Assembly (NCBI GenBank): GCA_005222975.1
Contig: NJBI01000049.1
Coordinates: 1-26,417, forward strand
Source of the DNA: Promethearchaeota archaeon Loki_b31
Lineage (GTDB): Archaea > Asgardarchaeota > Lokiarchaeia > Sigyniarchaeales > SOKP01
Direction: 5' to 3'
DNA length: 26,417 nucleotides
Made by a program: the position numbers and the translations under genes
Notes under the pieces: model-generated
The model's database searches: none
What the model was told of the DNA's origin: nothing
What the model saw: the letters and a program-made list of their open reading frames with translations, nothing else
Shown here: piece after piece, positions 26,309-26,417 of the stretch
Position numbering within the stretch: the stretch's first letter is position 1
Layout of the letters: each line of letters opens with the position of its first letter

Positions 26309-26417
26309 TTTTTTAATCCTCTTGAAGTTTTAAAAGTTAAATATCATATCTCCGAAGCATTTTTCTTGAGAATGTAATAAACACTCATTAATTTCGGGTT
26401 CAAGTTTAAACTCGACT

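Noticed and set aside
26330-26417. 3' end of an upstream minus-strand gene
   Set aside because: Two frames are open to the window edge and neither has a recognisable motif.

Overview
AT-rich archaeal chromosomal window, most likely Asgard (Lokiarchaeia-like). This is inferred from a Loki-CTERM-type IPGY-TM-basic tail, a soluble zinc-ribbon/LRR protein, archaeal XPB-Bax1, archaeal MNT-HEPN and TATA/BRE-like promoters. Layout: (1) 1-1847: toxin-antitoxin cluster (AbrB-like 5' end, N-truncated RHH antitoxin + VapC, MntA-HepT). (2) ChrB-type gene, an RNase HII-like orphan and an IS200/IS605-end-like nested hairpin. (3) ~3.65-11.7 kb: very AT-rich block with an 883-aa protein (integrase-N SAM-like / TPR / Cys4 / SAM-like), XPB-Bax1, a pRiA4b-ORF3 + B-box/ZZ-like fusion, two small conserved hypotheticals and a TPR protein. 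This block is the best candidate for an undescribed system. (4) LRR protein, a Gfo/Idh/MocA gene bracketed by a 20-bp direct repeat that looks like an RNase HI 3' end, and a YprB-like DEDD nuclease. (5) Metabolic and membrane genes: AbfD, UbiA, methyltransferase, Cys-rich membrane protein, MFS. (6) A cytosolic protein with an EPVYEPTP repeat array, small ORFs, ZIP transporter, two surface-anchored proteins (His/Cys Ig-like protein and rhodanese), EFR1 flavodoxin-ferredoxin and an ICMT-family methyltransferase. No rRNA, tRNA or CRISPR array was seen. All family calls come from motif recognition by eye, not database searches.
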